A stretch of 64,000 bases of DNA from Alphaproteobacteria bacterium (GTDB lineage: Bacteria > Pseudomonadota > Alphaproteobacteria > Micavibrionales > Micavibrionaceae). Shown here in pieces: positions 45,984-55,128 of this stretch; within the stretch, counting starts at the first letter, position 1; each line of letters begins with the position of its first letter. The translations under genes and the position numbers were made by a program. The notes below the pieces were generated by a model that did not search any database, was not told the DNA's origin, and saw nothing but the letters and a program-made list of their open reading frames with translations. The stretch spans positions 14,405 to 78,404 of the forward strand of contig JAUHXT010000002.1 in NCBI GenBank assembly GCA_030426925.1, given 5' to 3'.

Positions 45984-47231
45984 ATGAATAAACGGTTCGA
46001 AATTTTCTATTTTCTAAAAAACGCCCCGCTGGCGATTATCGCCTCGGCCTTGCCCGGCTTTGTGAATTACGCCGTTATCCTGTTCCTGGCATCGTTTTTC
46101 ACGATGGAGGATGTCGGGGAATTCCGCCTGATAGTGTCTTACTTTATGTTGCTCGGTTTATTTTCCTTGAAGGAAAGCTCAAAAATCATGGTGCGCGCAC
46201 AGGCGCTGGGCGATAACGAAACAAGTGCCGCTTTATTTTTCGCACGGCTTTACACCATTGTTCTGACGACGCTGGCCGTAGCGCTGGCATGGTTCGGCCA
46301 GAAACTGACGGGCCATGAAATTGTGCCCGACAGCCTGATGATTGTCGCGCTTATCAGCGTCTTTGCTTATCCCACTGAATTGTTCCTGTCGTACCTGCAG
46401 GCGGAAAAGCGTTTTACGGGACTGGCGATTATTTCAATCGCAAAATATGTAACCGCGCTCGCCGTATGTATGGGAGCCATGATAGCAACGCGGGACATTG
46501 CGGTTTCTGCCATCTCCATGGTCGCTACCATGGGCGTATTCAACGTGCTGTTCTATATCATATTCCTGGGCAGGGATTTTTTAAAACATGCTACGGCCAC
46601 ATGGAAGCCTTTAAGCGTGGCAAAAAGCCAGAGCACCCATGAATCCTTTACATTGAGCCTGGCAAACTGGCTGCCCGGTACGCTGGAACATGTCGACAAG
46701 ATCGTGATTGGCGCTGTCTTCGGATTGGAAGTGCTGGGGCTGTACACGCTGTGTTTCTCAACCGGACGCTTTATTTATAACGCTCTAAAACCTGCTTTTT
46801 ACATTTATTACCGCCACTTTGTTGACAAACTGCCAAGCCGCAAACTGCTCTGGCTGGTCATGGCATCCTTTACGGTCTTTGGCGCTCTCCTCAGCCTGAT
46901 ATTTTATGCAGGCACGTTATATATCCCGTTTTTTGAAAAGTTTTCGGGCGGCGAAAGCATCGTCTATATCCTGTTTTTATCATACGGCATTGCCATGGCC
47001 GATGCGGTGTATACCCAGTCATACGGGATTAACAAGGACAGCAAGTCACATCGCCTGTTGATCGCGAACACGGGTATCAGTCTGTTTTGTCTACTGATGT
47101 TCGCCGGAAGTACACTCGCCAGCGCTGGAATAGCGCTTATCATCTGCGCTCTGCATTACCCAGTCCGGCATTTCGGCACGATAACCCTGCTGTCGATGAT
47201 CAACGGCAGGACCGCAGACCGCTCGCTTTAA
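45984..47231 (+). CDS. Wzx-like oligosaccharide flippase (polysaccharide biosynthesis membrane protein)
   Basis: About 12 hydrophobic segments, 415 aa, in an EPS locus context. Confidence 0.8.
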   Translation: MNKRFEIFYFLKNAPLAIIASALPGFVNYAVILFLASFFTMEDVGEFRLIVSYFMLLGLFSLKESSKIMVRAQALGDNETSAALFFARLYTIVLTTLAVALAWFGQKLTGHEIVPDSLMIVALISVFAYPTELFLSYLQAEKRFTGLAIISIAKYVTALAVCMGAMIATRDIAVSAISMVATMGVFNVLFYIIFLGRDFLKHATATWKPLSVAKSQSTHESFTLSLANWLPGTLEHVDKIVIGAVFGLEVLGLYTLCFSTGRFIYNALKPAFYIYYRHFVDKLPSRKLLWLVMASFTVFGALLSLIFYAGTLYIPFFEKFSGGESIVYILFLSYGIAMADAVYTQSYGINKDSKSHRLLIANTGISLFCLLMFAGSTLASAGIALIICALHYPVRHFGTITLLSMINGRTADRSL

Positions 47232-48495
47232 CATCCAGATCACACAGCCAGCGTTTCAGCGCGTCGGCATCACGTTTATTGCGTATGTACCTGTTCCCGT
47301 TCGGTATGGACAGGGCGTGGCGCTTTTCTTCCATAGCCGGCATACCGCCGATATCGCCTTCGCTTTCTATCATGTTCAGTGTCCCTGCTTCGATCCCCTG
47401 CATAAGCTGTGAATCAACAGGATTGCGGGCGGCGGCGAAGCTTCCCGCATACGGCAGGACTTTATATATGAGCTGCGATGATCGAATGGTCGTCCAGCCT
47501 TTTACTTCCAGAAGGCGTTTATGGGACAGGGCAGGGTGCGACGGCGCAGGTTTCAGACACTCCGGCTTGGCATCGTTATTGAACGTATTATCGTGCAGGT
47601 AAACAGTGGTAATCGGCGCGACCTCGAAAAAACCGGGTGCAATGGAAACAGCCGGGTGTTTGCAATATGTGCGCTTCCCGGCGATATAAAGGTTGCCAAT
47701 AACATCAATCGCCCCGCTTTGTTTTGTATTTTGTCCGATATCAAGATGCGTGGCGGCAGCGCCGGGCATCGCCACAATATTATTGATGAACGATACCGTG
47801 TTTCCGGACACAAGGCGCGGACTGCGTTGTTCCGACGCGGCCAGAACAGAACCGATAATATCCACGTGCCGGACATCGCTGCCCAGCAAAAGATTCATGG
47901 AATGCACCCCCTTTGGATGGCCGCCCGCGCGCAGGCCGTGCGCGATGAGCGAACGTTCGATACGCACGCCATCCACCTTGCCTTGTACGCTCATATTCTC
48001 ATCAACGCCCCATCCGGCGGAAACATTGCGGATGACGATGTTCGACAGGGGCCTTGTTAACTTTGAGGAACCGAAGACAGACAGTGCATCTTTTTCACCC
48101 GCTTTTTGTTTGCCTGTCGCCTTCCCGGCATAGATCGAAAGATGAGACAGTTTCACATTACTTGCCCGTATATGAACCCCGTCGCCATACAGGACAATGC
48201 CGGGGGCGGGGGCGGTTTCACCCGCGATATAGGTGCCGGGATTCTCTATTTTGAGCGGGGACTGCAAATCAATGCGCCCGCCGACTTCAAACACGATCAC
48301 ACAGTTCTCGCAGGACTTGATAGCTTGCCGCAGCGAACCGGGGCCGCTGTCCTTTAACGTTGTAACGCCAATAATGCGTGTTCCCTGACGGATCCAGTCT
48401 TCTTGCGCATAGGAAGGGCAGGGCAGGCATAGGGTGAAAACAAAAAGGCAGACCGCAAAAAACACGAACAGGTGTATTGGGCGGGAGTGGGTCAT
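47200..48495 (-). CDS. Secreted right-handed beta-helix polysaccharide lyase (pectate lyase PL1-like)
   Basis: Signal peptide ending SYAQ. DSGPGSLRQAI, IAGETAPAPGI, DALSV, QRSPRL and NN motifs are collinear with the pectate lyase core. Confidence 0.8.
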   Translation of the reverse strand: MTHSRPIHLFVFFAVCLFVFTLCLPCPSYAQEDWIRQGTRIIGVTTLKDSGPGSLRQAIKSCENCVIVFEVGGRIDLQSPLKIENPGTYIAGETAPAPGIVLYGDGVHIRASNVKLSHLSIYAGKATGKQKAGEKDALSVFGSSKLTRPLSNIVIRNVSAGWGVDENMSVQGKVDGVRIERSLIAHGLRAGGHPKGVHSMNLLLGSDVRHVDIIGSVLAASEQRSPRLVSGNTVSFINNIVAMPGAAATHLDIGQNTKQSGAIDVIGNLYIAGKRTYCKHPAVSIAPGFFEVAPITTVYLHDNTFNNDAKPECLKPAPSHPALSHKRLLEVKGWTTIRSSQLIYKVLPYAGSFAAARNPVDSQLMQGIEAGTLNMIESEGDIGGMPAMEEKRHALSIPNGNRYIRNKRDADALKRWLCDLDVKASGLRSCR

Positions 48496-49625
48496 CGTGC
48501 CAGAACGTCCTTAATTTCTTTCTCTTCACGGTCAACATAACTTTTGATCGTATGCCGTTCCATGATAAACGCCCGTGCATTTTTTGCGATCTTTTTATTG
48601 TCCGGGTCTGCCTGTGCGCTCTTAATGGCTTCAGCCAGAGATTGCGCGCTGACGTCTTTTGACAGGTAGCCCGTTTCACCGTGCTGAATGAGGGCCGTAG
48701 TCCCGGAAATGGGAGTGCCGATACACACCATGTCTGCGGCCATGGCTTCGATCAATACTTTCGGCAGCCCTTCGTGCAGGCTGGGCAGAATGAAGTATTT
48801 ATGGCGCTTCAACAGCTCCGCTATTTCTTCATTGGACAGTACGGGATGATAGTCGATCTTGACGCCTAGCTCCCCGGACAGGCTGAGCATTTCATCTGTC
48901 GTACGGCCTTTGCCGACAACAACCAGTGAAATACCGGCAATCGATGCTGCTCTGACCATTTCAAGGATATTTTTTTGGTTCTCAATCCGGCCGATGTAAA
49001 CGATGCTGTTATCATCGGGTTTTATATCAATATCGGATGCAAAGATATCTGTGTTTACATAGGTGGGGGCGACAAAACATTTCCGCTTATTAAACATCAG
49101 TTTTGTGACATAAGCCTTCGCATCGTTCGTCGTCACGGACGCCATATCAGCAAGGTTAAAGCCGATAAATTCGATCAGTAACGCAATAAACGCCTGAAGG
49201 TATTTTTTGTTTTTATAAAGCCGGCGTGAAAGAATATAGCCGCAACGAAGATAAAACCTGCCCCCGCAAAGCCGGACAAGCCACGCCGTCCAGCACCCGT
49301 TGATTTGGTTGGTTCTTGCGATTTGGACACCGTTCTGAACGGCTTGCTTTATTTTCCGGATATTTAGGGAATGTCTGATCGCTCCAAAAACAGATGTGAC
49401 AGGTGTATCGGGGGCGACGAATTCAAAACGGTTTTTTATGTCATCGTCAATGTTCAGCGCGTTCAGGATGTCTTGGTCATTCTGCCCATAAGTGAAAATG
49501 ACGACGTTGGAAAACAGATCGCGCTTCAGATATTCGATGCAGACCTCCAGTTCACGCCGGACAATCCCTTCGCGCTGCCATTTTTCAAGCGATCCTTTAA
49601 ACGTCAGGACAAGTAGCAGTTTCAT
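48492..49625 (-). CDS. Glycosyltransferase family 4 (GT-B)
   Basis: C-terminal EX7E region LPSLHEGLPKVLIEAMA. Confidence 0.88.
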   Translation of the reverse strand: MKLLLVLTFKGSLEKWQREGIVRRELEVCIEYLKRDLFSNVVIFTYGQNDQDILNALNIDDDIKNRFEFVAPDTPVTSVFGAIRHSLNIRKIKQAVQNGVQIARTNQINGCWTAWLVRLCGGRFYLRCGYILSRRLYKNKKYLQAFIALLIEFIGFNLADMASVTTNDAKAYVTKLMFNKRKCFVAPTYVNTDIFASDIDIKPDDNSIVYIGRIENQKNILEMVRAASIAGISLVVVGKGRTTDEMLSLSGELGVKIDYHPVLSNEEIAELLKRHKYFILPSLHEGLPKVLIEAMAADMVCIGTPISGTTALIQHGETGYLSKDVSAQSLAEAIKSAQADPDNKKIAKNARAFIMERHTIKSYVDREEKEIKDVLAR

Positions 49626-50695
49626 GCCACAACCCCGGTAAGTGTAAGAATTTCTTTCACAGCATCATCCCAGTCATTGAAATCAGACGTATCTACCATA
49701 TACCGCTCAGGCGAAGATAGGGCATCTTTAATTTTTTCCGCCAAGGCTTTGGGGTTATGCGCGTCGAAATATATATGATCGGCAAGATTTAAATCGCGGT
49801 TGGCTTCGATATCGGACAAAATAACGGGAATGCCGTTTTGAATGGCTTCCAAAACGGCGTTTGACATGCCTTCATGGATAGAACAGTTGATATACAGGCT
49901 TTTCTTCTGCAACTCTTCCAAAACCGTATCGCGCTTCTGAACCTCGGCAAATTCAATATTCGCTTCCGGATTTTCGCTTAAATAATGTTTTAGCTCCCCG
50001 GCTTCCCCTGTAAGGTCAGCACCGCCGATAATGGTGATATGCGGCCCGCCTGTACCCAGAAGACTGGAAGCTTCGGCAAGGACAGCGTAGTTTTTTTGCA
50101 TGGTCACACGGCCCACAGCCACGGCTGTGTTCTGCCCGCGTTCAGTTAAAGGGGTATTGTCATTCGCCCGGTCAATACCGTTTCTGACAAGTTGTGTCGG
50201 TATGCCCAGCCCTTCAAGGTGGCGCTTGATATTGGGAGCAACCGCAATCACCGTATCGGCATAACGGCAGAACTTTTCCGTCACACGCATGAAAAGCTTC
50301 ATTGCTGGTCCCCACTTGTCCAGCAGGTAATCAACCGACCCGCTGCGCAAATGGATTTTGGCGCGGCGCCAGAATACGGCCCGCATCAAGGGGATCAGAA
50401 CGGCAAAGTTTGTCCCGAATATGAACACGTGGTCGTAGCGGTGGGTGATGTATTGATACAGGGCATACAGGATATAGAGCGCCTTGTCGGTTTTAAACTT
50501 CCTGGATTTCGGAACCATGATAACCCGCAGGCCGCTTGGCGCATCCTGTCCCGGCGGGTGCAGGGACAACACGTCAATATCCGCATGCGGCAATGAGCGT
50601 GGAATAAAAGCATCCGCGAATTTTTCAATACCCCCTTCATAACCGAAAATGCCGCGCGGCCCGATAACAAGAAGGCGCGGCTTTTTATTTTCCAC
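49622..50695 (-). CDS. Glycosyltransferase family 4 (GT-B)
   Basis: NCSIHEGMSNAVLEAIQNGIP (EX7E). Start proposed at GTG 50695 (VENKKPRLLVIGPRG), overlapping the upstream stop. The track ORF extends 72 more codons inside the upstream gene. Confidence 0.8.
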   Translation of the reverse strand: MENKKPRLLVIGPRGIFGYEGGIEKFADAFIPRSLPHADIDVLSLHPPGQDAPSGLRVIMVPKSRKFKTDKALYILYALYQYITHRYDHVFIFGTNFAVLIPLMRAVFWRRAKIHLRSGSVDYLLDKWGPAMKLFMRVTEKFCRYADTVIAVAPNIKRHLEGLGIPTQLVRNGIDRANDNTPLTERGQNTAVAVGRVTMQKNYAVLAEASSLLGTGGPHITIIGGADLTGEAGELKHYLSENPEANIEFAEVQKRDTVLEELQKKSLYINCSIHEGMSNAVLEAIQNGIPVILSDIEANRDLNLADHIYFDAHNPKALAEKIKDALSSPERYMVDTSDFNDWDDAVKEILTLTGVVA

Positions 50696-51488
50696 GTCCC
50701 AGGCTCCTTCGCAGTTGTCTCGCCCAGTTTGGTGTCGCCAGAAGAACGGCATATTGAAGAAGTGTCGGCCAGAAGGATAAATCACCGTCGCTTTGTGCGC
50801 AGTGTAGCAGACGCGCGGCCATGGAATGGAGAATCTGCCGCTTGCGTTTTGAAACCGTGATGGACGTCGGCAGGTACTGGCGCGTGACCAGAACTTTGGG
50901 AACGCAGCCAAAGCGCAAACCGTTTCTTAAGGCGCGTAAATAAAGCTCGTAATCCTGCGCATAACGGAAAGCCTCGTTATAAAACCCCAGGGGTTCGAGA
51001 CTGGATTTTTTAAAGGATACGGAGGAATGAACGATGAAATTGCGCCGCGCCAGCTTGTTTGCGATGCCAGCATGATCGACCGGGCCATCGATGAGCCATT
51101 CGCGCCCGCTGCTTGGGTCAACCCCGCGCGCATGGGAAAAAACAATATCGGCATCAGGGTGCGCATCATAATACGCGGACAGTTCATCCAGCCTGGACGC
51201 ATCGGGAATATCGTCATCGTCTGTACGTACGATGATGTCGCCCGTCGCAACCGCTAGCCCGCGATTAAGAGAGCGCGTCAGGCCAATATTGGTGTCATTC
51301 TTCAGCACGTTCATACGGGCGTCCTGAAGTATCGTGTCCGCAAGAAAGTCTTCTATCCTGCAATCCGGGTTATCGACAACCAAGATAACTTCACAAGACT
51401 GCGCGCTGCCCAGAAAAATGTCGGCTATTTGTTCAAGGTATTTGGATCCGGTTGTACCGATAAGGATTGAAAATCTGGGCGTACCCAT
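50685..51488 (-). CDS. Glycosyltransferase family 2
   Basis: FSILIGT start, the VDN motif, and the DDDD (DxD) motif TDDDDIPD. Start at ATG 51488. Confidence 0.85.
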   Translation of the reverse strand: MGTPRFSILIGTTGSKYLEQIADIFLGSAQSCEVILVVDNPDCRIEDFLADTILQDARMNVLKNDTNIGLTRSLNRGLAVATGDIIVRTDDDDIPDASRLDELSAYYDAHPDADIVFSHARGVDPSSGREWLIDGPVDHAGIANKLARRNFIVHSSVSFKKSSLEPLGFYNEAFRYAQDYELYLRALRNGLRFGCVPKVLVTRQYLPTSITVSKRKRQILHSMAARLLHCAQSDGDLSFWPTLLQYAVLLATPNWARQLRRSLGRGK

Positions 51489-51489
51489 C

Positions 51490-52647
51490 TTACACCCCCT
51501 TCGCAGGAATGGTTTTAGCTGAAGACGGTTCCTGAGCATCGGTTTCGTCTTTTAGTTCAAGAACGGCGCGCTGGCCGTTCAAACCGATATACCCGAACGC
51601 CCGTATAAGAATACCGGTAAGCGGGCGGCGGAACCGCCATTCTACCAGCTTTGATCCTGTGACCGAGACCGCCATAACGAAAACAAACGCAACAACAATA
51701 GCGGAATTGATCCCGATGTGCGGCGTTAACATTAAAATAATGGAAAGCCCGACGACCTGATGGAACAGGTAAATAGAATAGCTGTATTCCCCGGCCAGAC
51801 GCGTTAAATGGCCTTTGCAGGCAAGTTTGTCGAAGATAAGGAACAAAGTGAAAATAGCGATGAATTCAACAGTATCCATGACTTCGAAGTCCGGGTTCAG
51901 CGAGGCGGCATAAAGGAACTGTGAGCAGACAAGAATGCAGCAAATGCCAAAAACCATATTGATATTGCGCTGGAACAGCAACATTCCCACGGCAAAAAAC
52001 GGCAGGTATTGTGCAATGATCACGCCATGTAACAGTTTATTGTACAAGGTGTATTCGTCGCCACCCAGGGTAATAAGTATAAATAAGTCGGTCATTGCGA
52101 GAATAATAGCAAACCAGGAAAAGGCTTCGATATAGCGTTGTTTAAACAAAAGGGCAAAAATACCGACAAAAAGGTAGAATTTCAATTCGACCAGAATGGA
52201 CCAAAATACACCATCAAGCCAGTTAAAGCCGAAATCTTCGAGAAAGAACGACGTGCCAAGGTAATCCCAGAATGTGCGGTCTGTGACGTCAAATCCTTTC
52301 GGTCCATCCGGTACGACCGGGGTAGGAAAACTAATCAGCCATACCAGAACAAACGTGTTGGCCAGTAAAAACAGAGGCCAGATCCGTGAAATACGTTTGG
52401 CATAAAATTCTCCAAGTGTTTGGCTGTTTTTAATGGTCTTTGCAATCAGATAGCCTGAAATAACAAAGAAGATATAAACCCCGATTTTTCCGGAGAAAAA
52501 CTCCACCAGCGGAGGGGTGTCGGACCCCATATAAACGGCAGGTATTCTGTTTGTATAATGATATATCACGACAAGCAAAACAGCGATCCCGCGCAACTGC
52601 TCGATAAATAGATTCTTCTCTTTTGTTAAGTGATAAGGGTCAGGCAT
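51490..52647 (-). CDS. Acyltransferase family 3 membrane protein (O-acyltransferase)
   Basis: LRGIAVLLVVIYH N-terminal motif and about 10 TM segments. Confidence 0.85.
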   Translation of the reverse strand: MPDPYHLTKEKNLFIEQLRGIAVLLVVIYHYTNRIPAVYMGSDTPPLVEFFSGKIGVYIFFVISGYLIAKTIKNSQTLGEFYAKRISRIWPLFLLANTFVLVWLISFPTPVVPDGPKGFDVTDRTFWDYLGTSFFLEDFGFNWLDGVFWSILVELKFYLFVGIFALLFKQRYIEAFSWFAIILAMTDLFILITLGGDEYTLYNKLLHGVIIAQYLPFFAVGMLLFQRNINMVFGICCILVCSQFLYAASLNPDFEVMDTVEFIAIFTLFLIFDKLACKGHLTRLAGEYSYSIYLFHQVVGLSIILMLTPHIGINSAIVVAFVFVMAVSVTGSKLVEWRFRRPLTGILIRAFGYIGLNGQRAVLELKDETDAQEPSSAKTIPAKGV

Positions 52648-53740
52648 GTTTATCTCTATAGATGTTGGCTGTTTGCCTTTTGTAAGAGTTGGTGGCTTTG
52701 TGCAGTATTCGCATCATGTTTCGTTCCAGCAATAAATAGCTGAACAAAGAGGCGATTATTGAGGCAGTGATAGCAGTGATCACGAAAAGCGAAAGGCTTT
52801 CCAAGCCTATTTTGTTCCATATATAGGCAAACGGAACAAGGGCGAACGGGTGGCACAAATACAGGGAGTACGACGCATCGCCCAGTAGAACCAGAAATTG
52901 ATTAAACTTGTTATGGCCGGACTGCAGCGGTTTCATCATAATCAATGACGCAGAAATCAGTAAGGCCGGAAACCCCCTGGCCAGGGCACGGAAATCGTTT
53001 TCATCTATATATGTCCCGGCGAGTATCCAAAGCCCGACACCCGTCGCAAACAGCGCCAGAGCTACAGGCAGTGGTATTGTACGCACCCGTACATAAACGG
53101 CATACAGCATCATCCCGTACAGGAATTCCAGCATGACCGTGTTTGCAAAGAATGAAAAAATGAAATGATTCTGTTCGAAAAAGTACCCGATAACATTCAA
53201 ACCGATAAGAACGGCAGCGATATAATACTTTCTGGAGCTGTTTGCCAACAGCAACGCACCGGTTGCTATGACGTAAAAGAACATTTCGTAGTTCAGGGTC
53301 CATCCCTGTGCAAGAATAGGGCGCAATATACCGTTTTCGTTCGGCCATGGGATAAACAGGAACGACGTTAAAACATGCGCAGGCGAGAGTTCGCTTTTAT
53401 CTATGAGCCCGGAAAACAGTACAATGGCCAGAACCATCAGAAGGCTATAGAACCAGTATATGGGGACAATGCGTATGATACGCCGTAACAGGAAATTCTT
53501 GGTGTTCTCAACGCTCGGCTCCATCTTGGTGCTGATGAACGTGATGATAAACCCTGAAATGATAAAGAACAGGTCGACACCGGCGCCCCACGGCACCCGC
53601 TCAATCAAACCGTGCATGTCATCGCTGATTAATCCGTTTTTATGGGCCTGTAAAAACACATGCCCGATCAGCACCATGAGAGCGGCATAAAACCGCAAAA
53701 CCTGAACGCTATAGAGTTTTTGGCCGGAAGATGCTGTCAT
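52640..53740 (-). CDS. Acyltransferase family 3 membrane protein (O-acyltransferase), second copy
   Basis: LRFYAALMVLIGH motif; polytopic. Start at ATG 53740, overlapping the wzy stop (ATGA). Confidence 0.85.
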   Translation of the reverse strand: MTASSGQKLYSVQVLRFYAALMVLIGHVFLQAHKNGLISDDMHGLIERVPWGAGVDLFFIISGFIITFISTKMEPSVENTKNFLLRRIIRIVPIYWFYSLLMVLAIVLFSGLIDKSELSPAHVLTSFLFIPWPNENGILRPILAQGWTLNYEMFFYVIATGALLLANSSRKYYIAAVLIGLNVIGYFFEQNHFIFSFFANTVMLEFLYGMMLYAVYVRVRTIPLPVALALFATGVGLWILAGTYIDENDFRALARGFPALLISASLIMMKPLQSGHNKFNQFLVLLGDASYSLYLCHPFALVPFAYIWNKIGLESLSLFVITAITASIIASLFSYLLLERNMMRILHKATNSYKRQTANIYRDKHA

Positions 53741-55095
53741 GTTGCATTCTCCGCGCCATTCAGTGTTTTTAGTCTGTCTTGCCGTTGCTTTGCGCAAGTT
53801 ATCAAAACCGGAACAAAATACCAGATCATGAAATCTCCAAACAGTGGCCCGTCATTATGGAAGAAGATATGAACTATATAAGGGACAAAGCCTATGGCAA
53901 TCAGCATATTTTGTTTGATTTTTAACAGAACATATGTGGCAAGGGGCAGGATAAGGACACCATATTTATGCAGCATATTCAGGTAATAGTTATGAATGGC
54001 GTTGCCTTTTATCGTTTCTGCGTTTTCATAAATAGACATCTGGTCCCAGAATTGCGGAACATACTTGGTGGAATCAAATATCAGCCCGTATCCCATGGGA
54101 TGAGATGTAAAAAGCAGCCATCCGTAATCCCTGAGAGCCGTACGTCCGACGGATGATTTATCCCCGATGCGAAAGGCCCGGATATCAGTGCTTTGCATGT
54201 AGTTCAGGATTGCATCGAGATTGGAATAAATCAGCAACCCGAAAGGCAAAAGTGTAAAGAGGCCGAGCAGGGCAAGGGCAGGGCGCACGGATGTGACGTA
54301 GATGCCGGCGAATATCAGCCCGCCAAGAATAGGAGAGCGGTTGCCCGATATGATGGAAATGACGATTACGAGTGCAAGGGCAATCCATATCGGCCAAGTC
54401 AGAAGTTTTTTGTCCTGTTCCGGCTTAATGGCTTTTTGAAGGACGAAATAGGCCGCAAAGGCCAGGCAGGTTTGCGTCGCCAGATGGACGGGTGAAAAGG
54501 ACAGTCCCATGGCTCGTGCCCGCTCTTGCAGGAAAAAACGGTACATATCATCGTTTTGGATCGCCTGCAGGCTGTCCCGTATATTCCATGCCGCGGATAT
54601 GTCCAGAAATTGAAAAACGGCAAGCCCGGCGGAAAGCCCGACAACGACCATGAAAGCATAGACAAGCTTACGTGCGCCGATTGTATGAAGCAATCCGTAG
54701 CCGGTCAGAACGCCAATCGCGGCCTGTATATGCAGTTCAACGATCTGTCGCAGCACATCGCTGACCGGCAGACTGTTGTATAGGCTGACAATCAGCCCCA
54801 AAAGCGCGGCGTAGGAAATCACCAGCAAGACAGGCAGTGTATGCTTAATGGCATCAACAAACAGTCTTGGGCGCAGGACAAAAACCGACAGGAATAGGAG
54901 AACAACATACAGGGAACGCACGGGCACGCCGCCGGTCAGGAAGCGGACCAGCGCAATTGACAAAAAGAATAGAAGAATAGTGCCGAAGAAATAGGCATGC
55001 GCAGTAAGGGATGAATAAGCCGATGCCGAAAACACATTCACGGGTTCTGGCGCTATACTTTTATCCGCTGTGGCCGTATCGTTCTCGTTCTGCAC
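53737..55095 (-). CDS. O-antigen ligase/polymerase-like (Wzy-type) membrane protein
   Basis: More than 10 TM segments with one larger loop, in an EPS operon context. Confidence 0.75.
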   Translation of the reverse strand: MQNENDTATADKSIAPEPVNVFSASAYSSLTAHAYFFGTILLFFLSIALVRFLTGGVPVRSLYVVLLFLSVFVLRPRLFVDAIKHTLPVLLVISYAALLGLIVSLYNSLPVSDVLRQIVELHIQAAIGVLTGYGLLHTIGARKLVYAFMVVVGLSAGLAVFQFLDISAAWNIRDSLQAIQNDDMYRFFLQERARAMGLSFSPVHLATQTCLAFAAYFVLQKAIKPEQDKKLLTWPIWIALALVIVISIISGNRSPILGGLIFAGIYVTSVRPALALLGLFTLLPFGLLIYSNLDAILNYMQSTDIRAFRIGDKSSVGRTALRDYGWLLFTSHPMGYGLIFDSTKYVPQFWDQMSIYENAETIKGNAIHNYYLNMLHKYGVLILPLATYVLLKIKQNMLIAIGFVPYIVHIFFHNDGPLFGDFMIWYFVPVLITCAKQRQDRLKTLNGAENAT

Positions 55096-55128
55096 GACTG
55101 AAAAACCCTTGCGCTGCTGCTGTAATAG

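Noticed and set aside
49622-50911. Full-length 429-aa version of the second GT4 ORF; likewise the N-terminal extensions of ORFs 4930-5532, 25396-27432, 14679-15806 and 39297-39923
   Set aside because: The extensions overlap the upstream gene or promoter region and lack homology-like sequence. Internal starts with an SD or start/stop coupling give proteins that begin where the family domains begin.
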